Shown: positions 8,492 to 19,739, counted from the first letter of the stretch. The stretch: 64,000 nt of DNA from an uncultured delta proteobacterium (GCA_963765675.1 CAVXXK010000001.1:864001-928000), one strand, 5' to 3'. Notes: generated by a model not told the origin, from the sequence alone. A program made the numbers and translations.

Positions 8492-11400
8492 TCATATCCA
8501 TAGTATCACGCCGCTTGCGGGTCTTCGGGTCGCGGCGCGGACTGCGCGCAGATAAATTGCGACCTGTGCGCGATATTCAGGAAGCCGCGCGGACAAGTCG
8601 GCATCGGTTTTGAAATCGACGATCGTCCAACTCGCATCGCCGCCCGTGCCGGTGCGAAACGCGAGGTCCGCGATTCCCTCGGCGGTAGCGCCGTCGTCGA
8701 GCGTCGCGAGGACGGGGTACTCGCGGCGGACTTCGCTCGCGCTCGCCGCGGCGCGAAGCACCGGCGAGCCGAGTGCGCTCGCGACCGCTCCAGAAGCCGC
8801 CTCGGCGTCGTCCGCGCCCGCACCGATCATCCGCGCGACGCTCGACACGACGCGTTCGATCTCCGCGCGTGGCGCATCGAAACGTATTCGCAGCATCGTC
8901 TCGTGCACCAGCGTGCCGAAGAGCTTGAGCCGCGCGCGCGACCGGTCGCGCGCGATCTGCTCGATCCGAATTTCGCCGCCGCCCAGGGCAATCGCTGTGC
9001 CTGACTCCGCCGCTGTCGTCGCGCTGACAACCCGCAGCGTCGGCGCGGCTCCACGCGCGAGCGCTCCGGCGCGAGTCTCGCTCCAAGCGCGATGCGCCTC
9101 GTCGCCGCGCTTAGAGATCTCGCCGCTCTGGTCGGCTTCGAGCAGCACGCTTTGCCTGAGCCCCATCGCTTCTTTCACATCCAGGATGAGCTTGCTCGGA
9201 TCCCACCAGACGACACGATGCGCTCCCGCCTGCGCGCGATACGACCCCGGCGCAACCGAGCGCGTCGGCGCCGGCGCGCGCGACGGGCGGACGCGCACGG
9301 AGTCCTCGCCGAACTCGGGACATCCCGCAGGCTTGCGGCTGAGCGGCGCGCGCCGATCCTTCTGTTCCGGATAGATGACGGGGTTGAGCCTCGCGAGCCA
9401 TCCGTCATACGCGCCGTCACCAAGCGTCGGAACGATCAGCAAATCGCGCGCGCGGGTGGTCGCGACGTAGAGCAGGCGAATCGCCTCCTCGACGTCGCGG
9501 CGATGCTCTTCCTCCTGATGCTCCAGCAGCTCGTGCGGAGCGCATCCTGCGATTTGCAGCGCTGCCAGTCCGCGCTCCGGATCGATATAGCGCGTCGCCT
9601 CGCCGCGGGTTTCGTTGCAGGTCAGGTCGGCCAGGATCACAACCGGGAATTCGAGTCCCTTCGCGCGATGCACCGTCATGATGCGGACGCCTTCGGTACC
9701 CTCTTCGGCCAGCGGCGTTTCGCTTGCCTCGTCGCGTTCGGCGCGCGCTTCGAGTTCATCGACGAAGCCGCGAAACGAAGTTGGGCGGCTGCGCGCCTCG
9801 TAGCGCCGCGCCTGATCCATCAGGCGCATGATATTCGCAAGCGCTTGATCTCCCGTCGGCCAGATCGCGACGCCCGCATGCGCACGAGTCTGCGCCAGCG
9901 CGCGCGCCAGGGTCTGAGCGATAGGACGGCGATTGCGCTCGCGATGCAGCTCGAGAATGATTTCGCGAGCGCCTCGCACTGCACGCAGGCTCCCCTCGGC
10001 GTCGGCGGGCGGATTGCGCCACAGGCTGAAGCCGCCGGCGGCCTCTCGATATTCGAGCAGAAGATCGTCGCCAAGCGAGAAGAACGCGCCGCGAAGAGTC
10101 GCGAACACTGCGAGCTCGTCGTCCGGCCGCTCGATCGCGGCGAGCAGATTGCGCACCGAGGTAACTTCCTCGCGGTCGTTGAATGATCCGCCCTTCACCA
10201 GCACGTGTGGCAGATGCCGTGCTTCGAGTGCGCGCAAATACGGGCGCGTCACGTCGCGTCCGTACGAATTCAGGCGGCGAAACAGAATACAGATGTGGCG
10301 CGGGGCGATCGCGACCCGGCGCTCGGGCGCCTCCCGCTCGGTCACCGTCCATCCGCTTTCCTTCACCATCCATTTCGCGAACGCCGCGATCGCGTCGGGC
10401 AGCGATTCCTCGATCCTCCAATCCGTGACGCGGCCATAGTCGCCATACGGATCCGGCACCGGCAGCGCTACGATCGAGGGCTGCGCCTGCGCGTCCGGCC
10501 GCGTCGACACCAGCGGCGCGTATCGCGGCTGCGTCGGCGAATCCTCCGGCATCAGCGGCGCGAACGCGGAGTTAATCATCGCGTGCAGCTCCGGCGTAGC
10601 GCGGAAACTCACCGTCAGATAAAGCAGGCGCGCGCCCTTGCTGACGAGGCTGCGCTTGACCTCCTGGTACAGCGCGACGTCGGCGCGGCGGAAGCGGTAG
10701 ATCGATTGCTTGGGGTCGCCCACGATGAAAAGTTTGCCGGGAACCGGACGCGCCTCGCGCCAGTCGTGCGCGGCGGGATCGTCGGCGGCGAGCAGCAGCA
10801 GAATCTCTGCCTGCAGCGGATCGGTATCCTGAAACTCGTCGATAAAAATATGCGTGAAACGGTTCTGCAACTCGGCGCGCACGACAGCGTTGTCACGGAC
10901 CAGGTCGCGCGCAACCAGCAACAGATCGAGGAAGTCCAGTTGCCCCTCGCGGCGTTTGATTTCGTCATAGATCTGGACGATTGGCCACAACTCTTCGCGC
11001 AGGAGCGGCGCCAGGTTCGCGCCGGCATCGCGACGCATTCGCAAAAGCCGCGCGCGCAGCTCGCCGCGGCGGCGAAAAACCTCCTCGCGCTCAATTCCGC
11101 CCATCGCGCCGCCGAAACCCCTCCAATCCCAGCGCCTGCCGCTGCCGAGCGTCAGCAGCACCGCCTCGAGCGCGTCGTAGTCGCGGCCACGCACGGCCTC
11201 GAGGCGCATCGCTTCGAGGACCGGCCGCGAAATTTCTTCGAGGCTCTTCGCGAGCCAGTCGCCGGGCTCGCCGTCGCGGGCGAGGTTCGCGAGCGCCGTG
11301 ATCTCGGCGACGATCGCGTCGATCTCGCGGTCGCGCGCGAAAGCCTGCGGCGCCCATCGCGCGGTAAAGTCGCGCCACGCGAGCAACTCCTCTGCGGCGC

Positions 11401-11944
11401 GGCGCGCGATCGCGCGCGGTCCGTCGCGGCTGACCGATTCGCGCCGCCGCAGTAGCCGGCGCATCCCTTCGCCCGGATTGGCCAGCGCCGTCTCGAACCA
11501 TTTTGAAAACGCCAATTCGAGGATCGCGTCCGCGGTGTCTTCGGCCGCAACTTCGAACATCGGATCGACGCGCGCCTGCACCGGCCGCTCGCGCAACAGA
11601 TCGGCGCAGAAGGAGTGGATCGTTCCGATACTCGCCTGTTCGAGCTCGCGCAGCGCACCGCTCAGGCGATCACGCGACTTTTTATCGAGTGACGGATCAT
11701 TGCGCGCCCGCTCGATCTCGGCGCGCAGTCTGAGCTTCAGCTCGCCGGCGGCTTTTTCGGTGAACGTCACCGCGGCAATCCGGGCCAGTGTGCCGCGCCC
11801 CGATGCGATCACCGCGACGATCCTGCTCACCAGCGCCGTGGTCTTGCCGGTTCCCGCCGCGGCCTCAACTACCAGCGTGACGTCGAGCTCGCGCGCAATC
11901 GCGTCGCGCGCATCTTGGTCGGCGACTGTTCGGTTCGTGCTCAT
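8492..11944 (-). CDS. addA: AddA-like UvrD helicase/nuclease
   Basis: AAAGTGKT, VTFTEKAA, DEFQD, VGDPKQSIYRFR, TVHRAKGLEF, YVATTRA, C-terminal DFK nuclease; start overlaps the addB stop (ATGA). Confidence 0.9.
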   Translation of the reverse strand: MSTNRTVADQDARDAIARELDVTLVVEAAAGTGKTTALVSRIVAVIASGRGTLARIAAVTFTEKAAGELKLRLRAEIERARNDPSLDKKSRDRLSGALRELEQASIGTIHSFCADLLRERPVQARVDPMFEVAAEDTADAILELAFSKWFETALANPGEGMRRLLRRRESVSRDGPRAIARRAAEELLAWRDFTARWAPQAFARDREIDAIVAEITALANLARDGEPGDWLAKSLEEISRPVLEAMRLEAVRGRDYDALEAVLLTLGSGRRWDWRGFGGAMGGIEREEVFRRRGELRARLLRMRRDAGANLAPLLREELWPIVQIYDEIKRREGQLDFLDLLLVARDLVRDNAVVRAELQNRFTHIFIDEFQDTDPLQAEILLLLAADDPAAHDWREARPVPGKLFIVGDPKQSIYRFRRADVALYQEVKRSLVSKGARLLYLTVSFRATPELHAMINSAFAPLMPEDSPTQPRYAPLVSTRPDAQAQPSIVALPVPDPYGDYGRVTDWRIEESLPDAIAAFAKWMVKESGWTVTEREAPERRVAIAPRHICILFRRLNSYGRDVTRPYLRALEARHLPHVLVKGGSFNDREEVTSVRNLLAAIERPDDELAVFATLRGAFFSLGDDLLLEYREAAGGFSLWRNPPADAEGSLRAVRGAREIILELHRERNRRPIAQTLARALAQTRAHAGVAIWPTGDQALANIMRLMDQARRYEARSRPTSFRGFVDELEARAERDEASETPLAEEGTEGVRIMTVHRAKGLEFPVVILADLTCNETRGEATRYIDPERGLAALQIAGCAPHELLEHQEEEHRRDVEEAIRLLYVATTRARDLLIVPTLGDGAYDGWLARLNPVIYPEQKDRRAPLSRKPAGCPEFGEDSVRVRPSRAPAPTRSVAPGSYRAQAGAHRVVWWDPSKLILDVKEAMGLRQSVLLEADQSGEISKRGDEAHRAWSETRAGALARGAAPTLRVVSATTAAESGTAIALGGGEIRIEQIARDRSRARLKLFGTLVHETMLRIRFDAPRAEIERVVSSVARMIGAGADDAEAASGAVASALGSPVLRAAASASEVRREYPVLATLDDGATAEGIADLAFRTGTGGDASWTIVDFKTDADLSARLPEYRAQVAIYLRAVRAATRRPASGVILWI

Positions 11945-14900
11945 TTCATTTTGCGCAGACGTGTCAGCGCTTCCAGCCGGGCATGCGGCTTGACGTCTTT
12001 GACCCGCCGCTCTTCGTACGGACCGCACACGCGGCGGTAGTCGCACCATTCGCATTCGCGTTCCGCGGGGGCGGCGGGCAGAAAACCATCACTCAGCGCC
12101 TGTCCGACGATCGCGGCGAATTCACGCTCGGCCGTGCGCGCGGCGTCGTCAACCGCGACGATCCGCTCCTCGTAACCGCCCGCCGCCGTGCAGTAATAGA
12201 GCCTGCCGAGCCCGATCGATTCGCCGAGCACGCGTTCAGCCGCGAGCGCGTAAAGAACCGGCTGAAGATACTTTCCGCCGCCGATCACGAAATCGTTTGC
12301 AGCACGGACGCGGCCGGTTTTGTGATCAGTCACACGCAGACGTCCGTCGGGCGCGCGCTCGATCAGATCGATCGAGCCCCTCAGCATCAGGCCGCCGTCC
12401 AGCGCACTGGGCTCGGGCGAGCTTTTGGGGTCGGCTTGCGCGCGATCGGCGAGTCCGAAGGCCAGCTCGAAACGTTCCGGCCGCCAGCGCTCGGGATCCT
12501 CGGCCGCGCGCCGCAGCCATTCGCGCAAGTCAGCGCGGATCGATTCGATTCCGTCGAGCCATACGCGCTCGATCGCGGGCGCAAGCTCCTCGCGCCACTG
12601 GGTCGCGACTTCGTCGAGCGTTTGATCGAGCAGCGCGCTTGCCGCCTCGAGCGTCGCGGGCGTGACCGGCAGCGCCTCGGCGGCGCGCAACCGTGACAGG
12701 ATTTCGTACTGAACTTCCGCAAACAGGCCGCCGCGCGTCAGCGGATCGATCACCTCGATCGCGACCGCTTCATCGCGTGGCTCGAGCCGATGAATCGCCT
12801 GCAGGAAAAATCGGTACGGACACTCCGCGAAATGCTGCAGCGAGGTCGGCGAATACGAGCGCGCCGAAAGCTGATGCCGCCCGAGCGCGGCAAGCGCCGC
12901 CGGTTCAGGATCAACCAGGCCATCCGCCGTGGTCCATCGCCTAAGCCATCTGCGCGCTCGTGTGCGCAGCGCGCGCCCGAGATACTCGTTCGCGCCGAGC
13001 AGATAATGCGCTGCGCCGCGCGTCGCTTCCGGATCGCGGCCGGCGAGTTTTTCCAGAACCGCGAGGTCGAATTCGGCGTCGTCGATCGCTTCCGACGGAT
13101 CCTCGGGCGCGGGCCAGCTCGGTCCCGCTGCGGACCCGGACGCGCGCCGCGCCAGCTCGTCGAAACCGGGCAGCCGCCCTTCGGCGGCGCGCAGAACTTC
13201 AAGCGCATAGAACGACGGCACACGCGGACGCCCCTGATCCAAATCGACCCGCGGATACGAGAACATCACGCGCTTCTCCGCCGCTCCCACCGCGATTCTG
13301 AGCGCAAGCCGCTCGCTGGCTACGCGATCCTCGTTGCGGATCAGGTCCGCGCCCAGCTCCGCTCGCGAGGCGTCGAGCAGAATCGGATCCTCGGTCACCT
13401 TCTGCGGAAAAATTCGCTCCGCCAAGCCCGGAACGATCACTACCTCGAACGACATCGCGCGCGCGCGATGCGGCGACGCGACAAAGACCGCTCCGTAGCG
13501 GCGCGGCGCTGGCGGATCCTCGAGCTTCGCCAGGCGCTCGGCCAGGACGTGGCGCACCTCGTCGAGACCGACCGGTCCGACCGGCGCCATCGCGTCCAGC
13601 TCTCCCAGCGCCGCAAGGATCTCGTCCCGATCGCGAATCGCCGCCGCGGTGATCGAGCGGATCCGCTCGAGCCACTCGCCCCACAACGCGCGCGCCGGCA
13701 GCGCCGCCAGCATCGCAATATGCGGGAGCGCGGTTTCCCTGAGATGCCGCAGGTCGGCGATCTTGTGCTCGAGCGCCGCGGCCTGCGCGGTATCGTCGTC
13801 GAGTTCGGCGCGGCGATGCTCCAGTTCGTGCTCCAATCCGTCCAGCCGCCGCGCCCATCGCTCGGCGCTTCCGATCACGGCGGCATCGACGATTATCTGC
13901 TCCCATCGTCTCGGCGCACGCGAGCGGTCTTCAGTCACGGGCGCCGCGGATGCCGCGGCACGATCTAGCAGATCACGGCTAAGCGAGCTCGCGGATAGTT
14001 CACTATCTAGCGCGGCGTCGCGCGGCGCCTCGGCCTGCGCGCGGCTGGGCACCTGCGCGAGTGAAAGATATTCCGCGTAGCGCCGCGCGGAGAGATTCTC
14101 GGCCGCGCAAGCAAGCAGCGCGAGCAGCGCGCGCCCTCCGGGCCGTGGACGCCGCGCCCCGAGCGCAAAATAGGCGGGAATATCGGCGCGATCGAGCGCC
14201 TCTTGCAGGCACGGCAGGTAGCGCACCGGGTCGTGAAGGAGAATCGCGATTCGATCGAAGCGCACGCCGGCGCGCGCCTCGCGATCGATTCGCCGCGCGA
14301 TCTCGACGCATTCGTGCATCTCGCCCGGCGCCGAATTTATCGTGACGGTGTCATCAAGATCGCGCGCGGATGGAGTCAGGTCGCCAAACAGATGGTCCTG
14401 CATCCGCGCCAGAGAGGTCGCGTCACCGCCGCTGTTCGCCGGCGCGGCGCGCGTCCCGACACCGAGCAATTTGGACAGCATCCGCACCGTGCGCTCGTCG
14501 CCCGCGGGAACGGTCGCGAAGAAATCCGGCGCGCGCGCGGCCAGCGCCGCGACCAACGCGCCCTCGCGACGGGTATCGAGCGGCACGTCGAGCAGCAAAG
14601 TCGCGATCGCGGCGAAGCGCGGCGGAGCATCGGCGCGTACCGCCTCGGCCGCGAGCGCCAGGATCATCGCGCGATCGGCTAGCTTCGCGTCGGCCAATTC
14701 AGCCTCGAACCGCACGAGCATCGCGCCAAGCTCGGCGCCGGCCGCGCCGTGCCGCGCAAGCTCGTCGGCGGATACGTCGGCGAGGCGCAGTTCCTCGAGC
14801 GTGCGCGCGAGCGCGTTGGCGAATCCGGGCTGATCGATCACCGGCGCGAAGTACTGAAGCCGCGCTGACGGCCGCAGATGAAACACCGCGCGCGCCGCGA

Positions 14901-15177
14901 CCGCGCGCGCCGCGAGCGCGGAGGCAGGCGCAAGGCCGAGCGCGGCCATCTGGTCCGCGGCAAGCAGACCCGCCAGGCGATTGAATGTCAGGCGATAAAT
15001 TCCCGCTATCGCACCGCGCTCGGCCGCGAGCGCGCGAACCAGATCGTCGGCGCCTGCCCGCGCCGGCGCGATCACGATCGCCTCCGCTCCCGGTTCGAGC
15101 GCACGCAGCCATTCGCGTGCCGCCGCGATTCGTTCGGCGGCGCGAGCCGAGGTGATTATCTGTCGCGAATCAGGCAT
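11941..15177 (-). CDS. addB: AddB-like PD-(D/E)XK nuclease subunit with Fe-S staple
   Basis: SPTSLQHFAECPY, GSIDLIE...DHKTG, C-terminal CEWCDYRRVC; upstream of addA. Confidence 0.85.
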   Translation of the reverse strand: MPDSRQIITSARAAERIAAAREWLRALEPGAEAIVIAPARAGADDLVRALAAERGAIAGIYRLTFNRLAGLLAADQMAALGLAPASALAARAVAARAVFHLRPSARLQYFAPVIDQPGFANALARTLEELRLADVSADELARHGAAGAELGAMLVRFEAELADAKLADRAMILALAAEAVRADAPPRFAAIATLLLDVPLDTRREGALVAALAARAPDFFATVPAGDERTVRMLSKLLGVGTRAAPANSGGDATSLARMQDHLFGDLTPSARDLDDTVTINSAPGEMHECVEIARRIDREARAGVRFDRIAILLHDPVRYLPCLQEALDRADIPAYFALGARRPRPGGRALLALLACAAENLSARRYAEYLSLAQVPSRAQAEAPRDAALDSELSASSLSRDLLDRAAASAAPVTEDRSRAPRRWEQIIVDAAVIGSAERWARRLDGLEHELEHRRAELDDDTAQAAALEHKIADLRHLRETALPHIAMLAALPARALWGEWLERIRSITAAAIRDRDEILAALGELDAMAPVGPVGLDEVRHVLAERLAKLEDPPAPRRYGAVFVASPHRARAMSFEVVIVPGLAERIFPQKVTEDPILLDASRAELGADLIRNEDRVASERLALRIAVGAAEKRVMFSYPRVDLDQGRPRVPSFYALEVLRAAEGRLPGFDELARRASGSAAGPSWPAPEDPSEAIDDAEFDLAVLEKLAGRDPEATRGAAHYLLGANEYLGRALRTRARRWLRRWTTADGLVDPEPAALAALGRHQLSARSYSPTSLQHFAECPYRFFLQAIHRLEPRDEAVAIEVIDPLTRGGLFAEVQYEILSRLRAAEALPVTPATLEAASALLDQTLDEVATQWREELAPAIERVWLDGIESIRADLREWLRRAAEDPERWRPERFELAFGLADRAQADPKSSPEPSALDGGLMLRGSIDLIERAPDGRLRVTDHKTGRVRAANDFVIGGGKYLQPVLYALAAERVLGESIGLGRLYYCTAAGGYEERIVAVDDAARTAEREFAAIVGQALSDGFLPAAPAERECEWCDYRRVCGPYEERRVKDVKPHARLEALTRLRKMK

Positions 15178-15301
15178 CGGAAGCGGCGCGCAGGCCGCTT
15201 ATCGATAGTTCGCCGCAAGCGCAGCCGGGAGCAAGAGGGCGTCCGGGCAGTATCCACAGCCGCCGTCAGCGGTTGTCATCGCACCGAAGTTACAGCGAGT
15301 C

Positions 15302-16147
15302 CTACTTCAGCAGGTAAACCGGATCCCCGATGCGCACCGTGCCGGAGGCGCCGATCGCGGCGAAGACGCCGACGTTGTTGCGATGATGCCTGGCCGAGGT
15401 CCGCAACACGTCGAAATCGCGTGGAAGATCATCCTGCGGGTGCGTCGTCATCACGCAGCGCAGCGCGGGAACCATCTCGGTGACTTTCACGCTCGAACCT
15501 ACCAGCAGTTCGCCGCCCACCCATTCGTCTTCGACAAAGCGGTCGTCGCCGGGGCCGCTATCGACAAACAGCGTGGGACGGAAGCGGCGCGGATCAAAGA
15601 TCGATTTCATTCCGGCGAGCTTCGCCAGATGACGCAGCGTACCGGTCGCGATCACATGCATCACGGCGGTGTCGAAAAACGAGCCGGGCGAGAGCGAAAA
15701 TTCCGGCGGCAGATTTTCGGCCGAGAGTCCGGGAATCACCTGCTCGATCGGCACATCGGCGAAAACCGTTTTCGGATCGATTCCCGCGCGCTCGCGCACC
15801 GCGGTTTCCGCGCGCTCGAGCGTGACCTTGCGGCCGAGTTGGGCGCTGATTTGTTCGGCGGCTTCCGGATCGCTCGGATGAATCGTGCGCCCGTCAGGCA
15901 TGCGGATAGTGATCGGCGAGCCGTTTCCGGCCTCGAGCGGATCATCATACTTGGCGCGGAAGTCGAACAGCCCCGCGAATTTCTTGGCGCTCGCGATTCG
16001 CCGCGTCGCCGTCTCGCGCAGCGCCCACGCGCGATCGCCCACCGCGCCGCGCTCCGTGATCTCGACCTGCGCGAGCTGCTCGCCGAGCATCGATTTCACC
16101 GGATGCCGCCAAATCGCGGCGAGCACGCCAATCTGCTTTTGGGACAT
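15302..16147 (-). CDS. MOSC domain protein
   Basis: IWRHPVKSM, GDRAWA, RRFRP and RCVMT motifs; AGGAGG RBS. Confidence 0.88.
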   Translation of the reverse strand: MSQKQIGVLAAIWRHPVKSMLGEQLAQVEITERGAVGDRAWALRETATRRIASAKKFAGLFDFRAKYDDPLEAGNGSPITIRMPDGRTIHPSDPEAAEQISAQLGRKVTLERAETAVRERAGIDPKTVFADVPIEQVIPGLSAENLPPEFSLSPGSFFDTAVMHVIATGTLRHLAKLAGMKSIFDPRRFRPTLFVDSGPGDDRFVEDEWVGGELLVGSSVKVTEMVPALRCVMTTHPQDDLPRDFDVLRTSARHHRNNVGVFAAIGASGTVRIGDPVYLLK

Positions 16148-16523
16148 TACTATCCTCCTGCCTGCCACGCGCGGCGCGAGCCGCACCGATCCTGAGTGTT
16201 ACACGAGCGCGACAGCATGGCGCAATGCCGTTGTTTGGGCAATAAGATTTGCCTAAATGCGGGCGGTCAAGAGGATGCGGCCGAGGGCGATAAAAAATCG
16301 AATCGCGCGAAGCATTTCTCATCGTAGGCAAGCCAAGAACAATCGTGGGCCGCGGAACCCGCGTATCCACGTATGGACGATGAATACAGCACGTATCGGC
16401 TAACGTCTAAAGTTTGAAACCGTCCGGTCTTTCGGCGCAACCGAGCGGCGCCAATTCCACTAAAAATTGACGCGCGGCGATGCGCCGTCCCTTTGCGGGT
16501 TCGCCGCGCAGACGGAGGTTTTT

Positions 16524-17201
16524 ATGTTACGACCGGGAAGAGACAAAGGGCTTGCCACACCAATTCCATTAGGGCTGGCTGCGCTCGCGACCACGACATT
16601 TCTGCTTGGAGCTGCACTTATCTTCCAGCCCGCGACGGCTTGGGGACCGTATGTTCTCCAGGCCCTGATGTTTGGCGGGCTGGTTGAGTTGCTGGCCGGG
16701 ATGTGGTCGTTCCCATTCGGCGATCCGCTGGCGGCAACCACTTTTTCGTTTTTGGGAGTGTTCTTTCTTTGGTGGGGAATGGCCCACATGACCGTTCTCG
16801 GACTTCATGCTGCGGCGGCTCCGATGATGGACAGCATGGCGATGGTGTTCATCGTAAGCGGTGTCGTCACACTCTATTTGTGGATCGCATCGTTCTATGA
16901 ATTCACGGCATTCAATCTGGTCCTGCTGTTTCTGTGGATCTCCTTCGGACTTATCGGCATCGCGACGTTCACCGGAGTGGAAAGCCTGACGATGCTTGGT
17001 GGAATCGCGGCGCTCATCTCCGGTCTGATCGCCGCCTACGGCTCGTTCGCTGGGATTTACAATGCGACGAGCTTGACGGACACGGTCCCGCTCGGCGAAT
17101 CGAAAATGGTGCGTGACCGCGCCGAGAATGACGAAATGGAACGCATTCGCCGGACTCATCCAGGTGCTGCGCTACACAACGAAGCCGGCGCCCACGCCTG
17201 A
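16524..17201 (+). CDS. Acetate uptake transporter (SatP/GPR1/FUN34/YaaH family)
   Basis: ATPIPLGL..ATTTFLL, FGGLVELLAG, six TM segments; GGAGG RBS. Confidence 0.8.
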   Translation: MLRPGRDKGLATPIPLGLAALATTTFLLGAALIFQPATAWGPYVLQALMFGGLVELLAGMWSFPFGDPLAATTFSFLGVFFLWWGMAHMTVLGLHAAAAPMMDSMAMVFIVSGVVTLYLWIASFYEFTAFNLVLLFLWISFGLIGIATFTGVESLTMLGGIAALISGLIAAYGSFAGIYNATSLTDTVPLGESKMVRDRAENDEMERIRRTHPGAALHNEAGAHA

Positions 17202-17212
17202 GTAGCATCCGT

Positions 17213-17264
17213 AGAAATAGCGCGCGGAAGCCCTTGCCTGCGGCTTCCGCGCGCGCCTATTTCT
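17213..17264. terminator. GC-rich hairpin between convergent genes, probable bidirectional terminator
   Basis: AGAAATAGCGCGCGGAAGCC...GGCTTCCGCGCG(CGC)CTATTTCT inverted repeat. Confidence 0.6.
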
Positions 17265-17289
17265 CGCGTTCAAGCCCGGCGCCAGGGAT

Positions 17290-18456
17290 CTAATGCTCGC
17301 GCGGATGAGTCGCGTTGTAGTCGCGGATCGCTTTTAAGATCGCGCCGCTGGCTTTTTCCATCAACTCGCCCTGGTTCGCGGTGACGCGGGCAGCCGAAGC
17401 CTCGATCGGCTTGATCAGTCCCTGGCAGCGCGGCATCACGTAGCGCGCGATCATCTCATAAGTTCGCAACGCCTGCTCGCGATTGGTCCAATCATGCGCG
17501 AAGCAGAGAATGGTGCCGAAGCCGCCCGATAGCTCCTGCAGCCGCGCGATCCGATCGAGCGCGTCATCGGGCGTGCCGATAATCGCGCCGCCATAGTCGG
17601 ACATCCGCTTGGCCGCGGCGTAGCCGTCGTCAAACCGCGGGCGCTGCGGAGTGCCGAGAATCCCGACGATATATTCGTTCTGCCATTTCTTGAGGCCTTC
17701 GGCGACTTCGCGCAGCGCCTGCTCTTTCGAATCCGCCAGATGAAACGGCATCACGATTCGCCAGTTGCTGCGATCGATATGCTGCCCATGCTCGCGCGCC
17801 GAGGTCTCGCCGAAGTTCCACTGCGTCGGCAGCGCCATCAGCCCCTCTTCGGAATACGACGCGACCGACAGCACGCCGATCCCGTACTTGCCCGCGCATT
17901 TCATCCCCGACGGCGAGATCGTTGAGGCGGTCGCGACCGGAATCCGCTCCTGCAGCGGACGAATCTGCAACGCCGCGTTGTGGAGCTCGAACCACGAGCC
18001 TTTGTAGCTGAACGGCTCGTCGGTCGTGAGCAGGCGCAGGATCACGCCCAGCCCTTCGTCCATCCGCTCGCGCTGCGTCATCGGATCGATCCCGAGCATC
18101 ACCGCGTCCGACGGCAGCGCTCCCGGACCGACGCCCAGCATCGCGCGCCCGTGGCTCAGATGATCGAGCATCACGATCCGCTGCGCCACGTTGAACGGGT
18201 GATGATAAGGAATCGAGACGACTCCGGTGCCGAGCTTGATCCGCTTGGTGCGCTCGGCCGCCGCGACCAGGAACATCTCGGGCGACGCGATCGTCTCCCA
18301 TCCCGCCGAGTGATGCTCCCCCACCCAGAATTCGTCATAGTGAAGTTGGTCGAGCCACTGCGCCAGTTCCAGATCGCGCTGAAACTGAAGCGTCGGGTGC
18401 TCGCCAATCGGATGATGCGGCGCCAGAAATGCGCCGAAGCCGAGCCGTTTAGTCAT
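17290..18456 (-). CDS. LLM-class flavin-dependent oxidoreductase
   Basis: WVGEHHS, IKLGTGV, LDHLSHGR...GVGPG luciferase-like motifs. Confidence 0.9.
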   Translation of the reverse strand: MTKRLGFGAFLAPHHPIGEHPTLQFQRDLELAQWLDQLHYDEFWVGEHHSAGWETIASPEMFLVAAAERTKRIKLGTGVVSIPYHHPFNVAQRIVMLDHLSHGRAMLGVGPGALPSDAVMLGIDPMTQRERMDEGLGVILRLLTTDEPFSYKGSWFELHNAALQIRPLQERIPVATASTISPSGMKCAGKYGIGVLSVASYSEEGLMALPTQWNFGETSAREHGQHIDRSNWRIVMPFHLADSKEQALREVAEGLKKWQNEYIVGILGTPQRPRFDDGYAAAKRMSDYGGAIIGTPDDALDRIARLQELSGGFGTILCFAHDWTNREQALRTYEMIARYVMPRCQGLIKPIEASAARVTANQGELMEKASGAILKAIRDYNATHPREH

Positions 18457-18514
18457 CGAAGAAACTCCTTGTCGATTCGTTTATACAAGCCGCGCACGCG
18501 TGGGCCGCTTACAG

Positions 18515-18907
18515 CTAGCCGCGCAGCGCCGCTATTTGCGCACTATCGAGATACTCGTCCAGTCGCGTGATTTTTCCGGACTCGACGATACCCACCATAC
18601 ATCCTGCGATCGCGATTGCTTTGCCCGAGGCCTTCACGCGTCCCTGCAACACGTGCTGCTGCACGAATCCGGTCGGCGTCGGCTGACGCTTGATATCGGA
18701 GTAAGCAATTTCCGCGAGATTGCCGACCATCCATTCGAGCAGCGAGAGATTTTCCTCGGCCGTCTGGGTCGCGCCGTCGAAGTTGTGCCAGATTTTTATG
18801 TTCGGCGCATAGAGGCCGCGAACCGCGGCCACGTCGCCATGCTCGATCGCTTTGAACAATCGATCGGCCGCCTCGAGCGATTGTTTCTCTGATACCTTCG
18901 GTTCCAT
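18515..18907 (-). CDS. NTF2/SnoaL-like protein
   Basis: IWHNFD...FVQQH...GKITRLDEYLDS pattern. Confidence 0.8.
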   Translation of the reverse strand: MEPKVSEKQSLEAADRLFKAIEHGDVAAVRGLYAPNIKIWHNFDGATQTAEENLSLLEWMVGNLAEIAYSDIKRQPTPTGFVQQHVLQGRVKASGKAIAIAGCMVGIVESGKITRLDEYLDSAQIAALRG

Positions 18908-18937
18908 GGTCTTGCAGCCTCGAACAAAACTATATCA

Positions 18938-19585
18938 TTACATTTTGGTCGGTGACGCGGTCGCGGTTGTCGTCGGCCAGGGCGTCATCTTAGGAGCATC
19001 AGACGCCGCCGCCGAGGCTGCCGCGGACGGCGCCGCGCTGGGAAGCGGCGTCGGCACCGCGACGCTCGGAATCGGCGTCGGGCTCATCGACGCACCCGGA
19101 GACGGCGCGGCTTCTGCTCGCTGCGGTGCGGTCCCAACTCCGTAGTCATAAACCAACTCGCCGCCAAGATGTCCCTGGTAGCAAATCGCCACCACCCCAA
19201 TCACTGCGACGATCAAATAGATCGCGCGCGTCCGCGCCATCGCGGTCAGTCCCTGGATCAGGATCCGCCATAACGCGAGGATGCCGAAGGCGTACATCAG
19301 AATTGTGCCGAGCTCCGCGTGCCGATGCATCAGCGGCTTCGCGACCGGAGGGATAGTCTTCCAAACCCACTCCGGCTGCAGCTTTCCGCCCGTCACCCAC
19401 GAACCTGCGGCTGCGATTGCGCCGAGGATCATCAGCGTGAGCGCCATGTAGCGCGGCCAGATCCGGTTCGGCACCAGGCTCGCGACGAGATCGATAATCA
19501 CCGCGACGATGATCAGCGCGATCGAGAAGTGATCGACCACCGGATGAATCTGCAGGGATGTGATCCAAGCGAGGACGTTTGCCAT
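18938..19585 (-). CDS. DUF2231-like membrane protein with a Pro/Ala/Ser tail
   Basis: HPVVDHFSIAL, H..LG, GHLGGELVY.YGVG motifs. Confidence 0.75.
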   Translation of the reverse strand: MANVLAWITSLQIHPVVDHFSIALIIVAVIIDLVASLVPNRIWPRYMALTLMILGAIAAAGSWVTGGKLQPEWVWKTIPPVAKPLMHRHAELGTILMYAFGILALWRILIQGLTAMARTRAIYLIVAVIGVVAICYQGHLGGELVYDYGVGTAPQRAEAAPSPGASMSPTPIPSVAVPTPLPSAAPSAAASAAASDAPKMTPWPTTTATASPTKM

Positions 19586-19739
19586 CGGCTCTCCTGAAGG
19601 GCGCTGCGCTCGAGGCGCTCGAGCGGCGCGTTACGCGACCCAACTTTTATCGCAGAGCCTGCCCGTTCAGGCAATTCGATTTATGGCATTGGAAAGCTTT
19701 GTTGATCGCAAATCGAAGAAAAGGCGAAGCGCGACGCGC

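Noticed and set aside
15250-15258. DnaA-box-like GTATCCACA upstream of addB
   Set aside because: A single 8/9 match, expected by chance.
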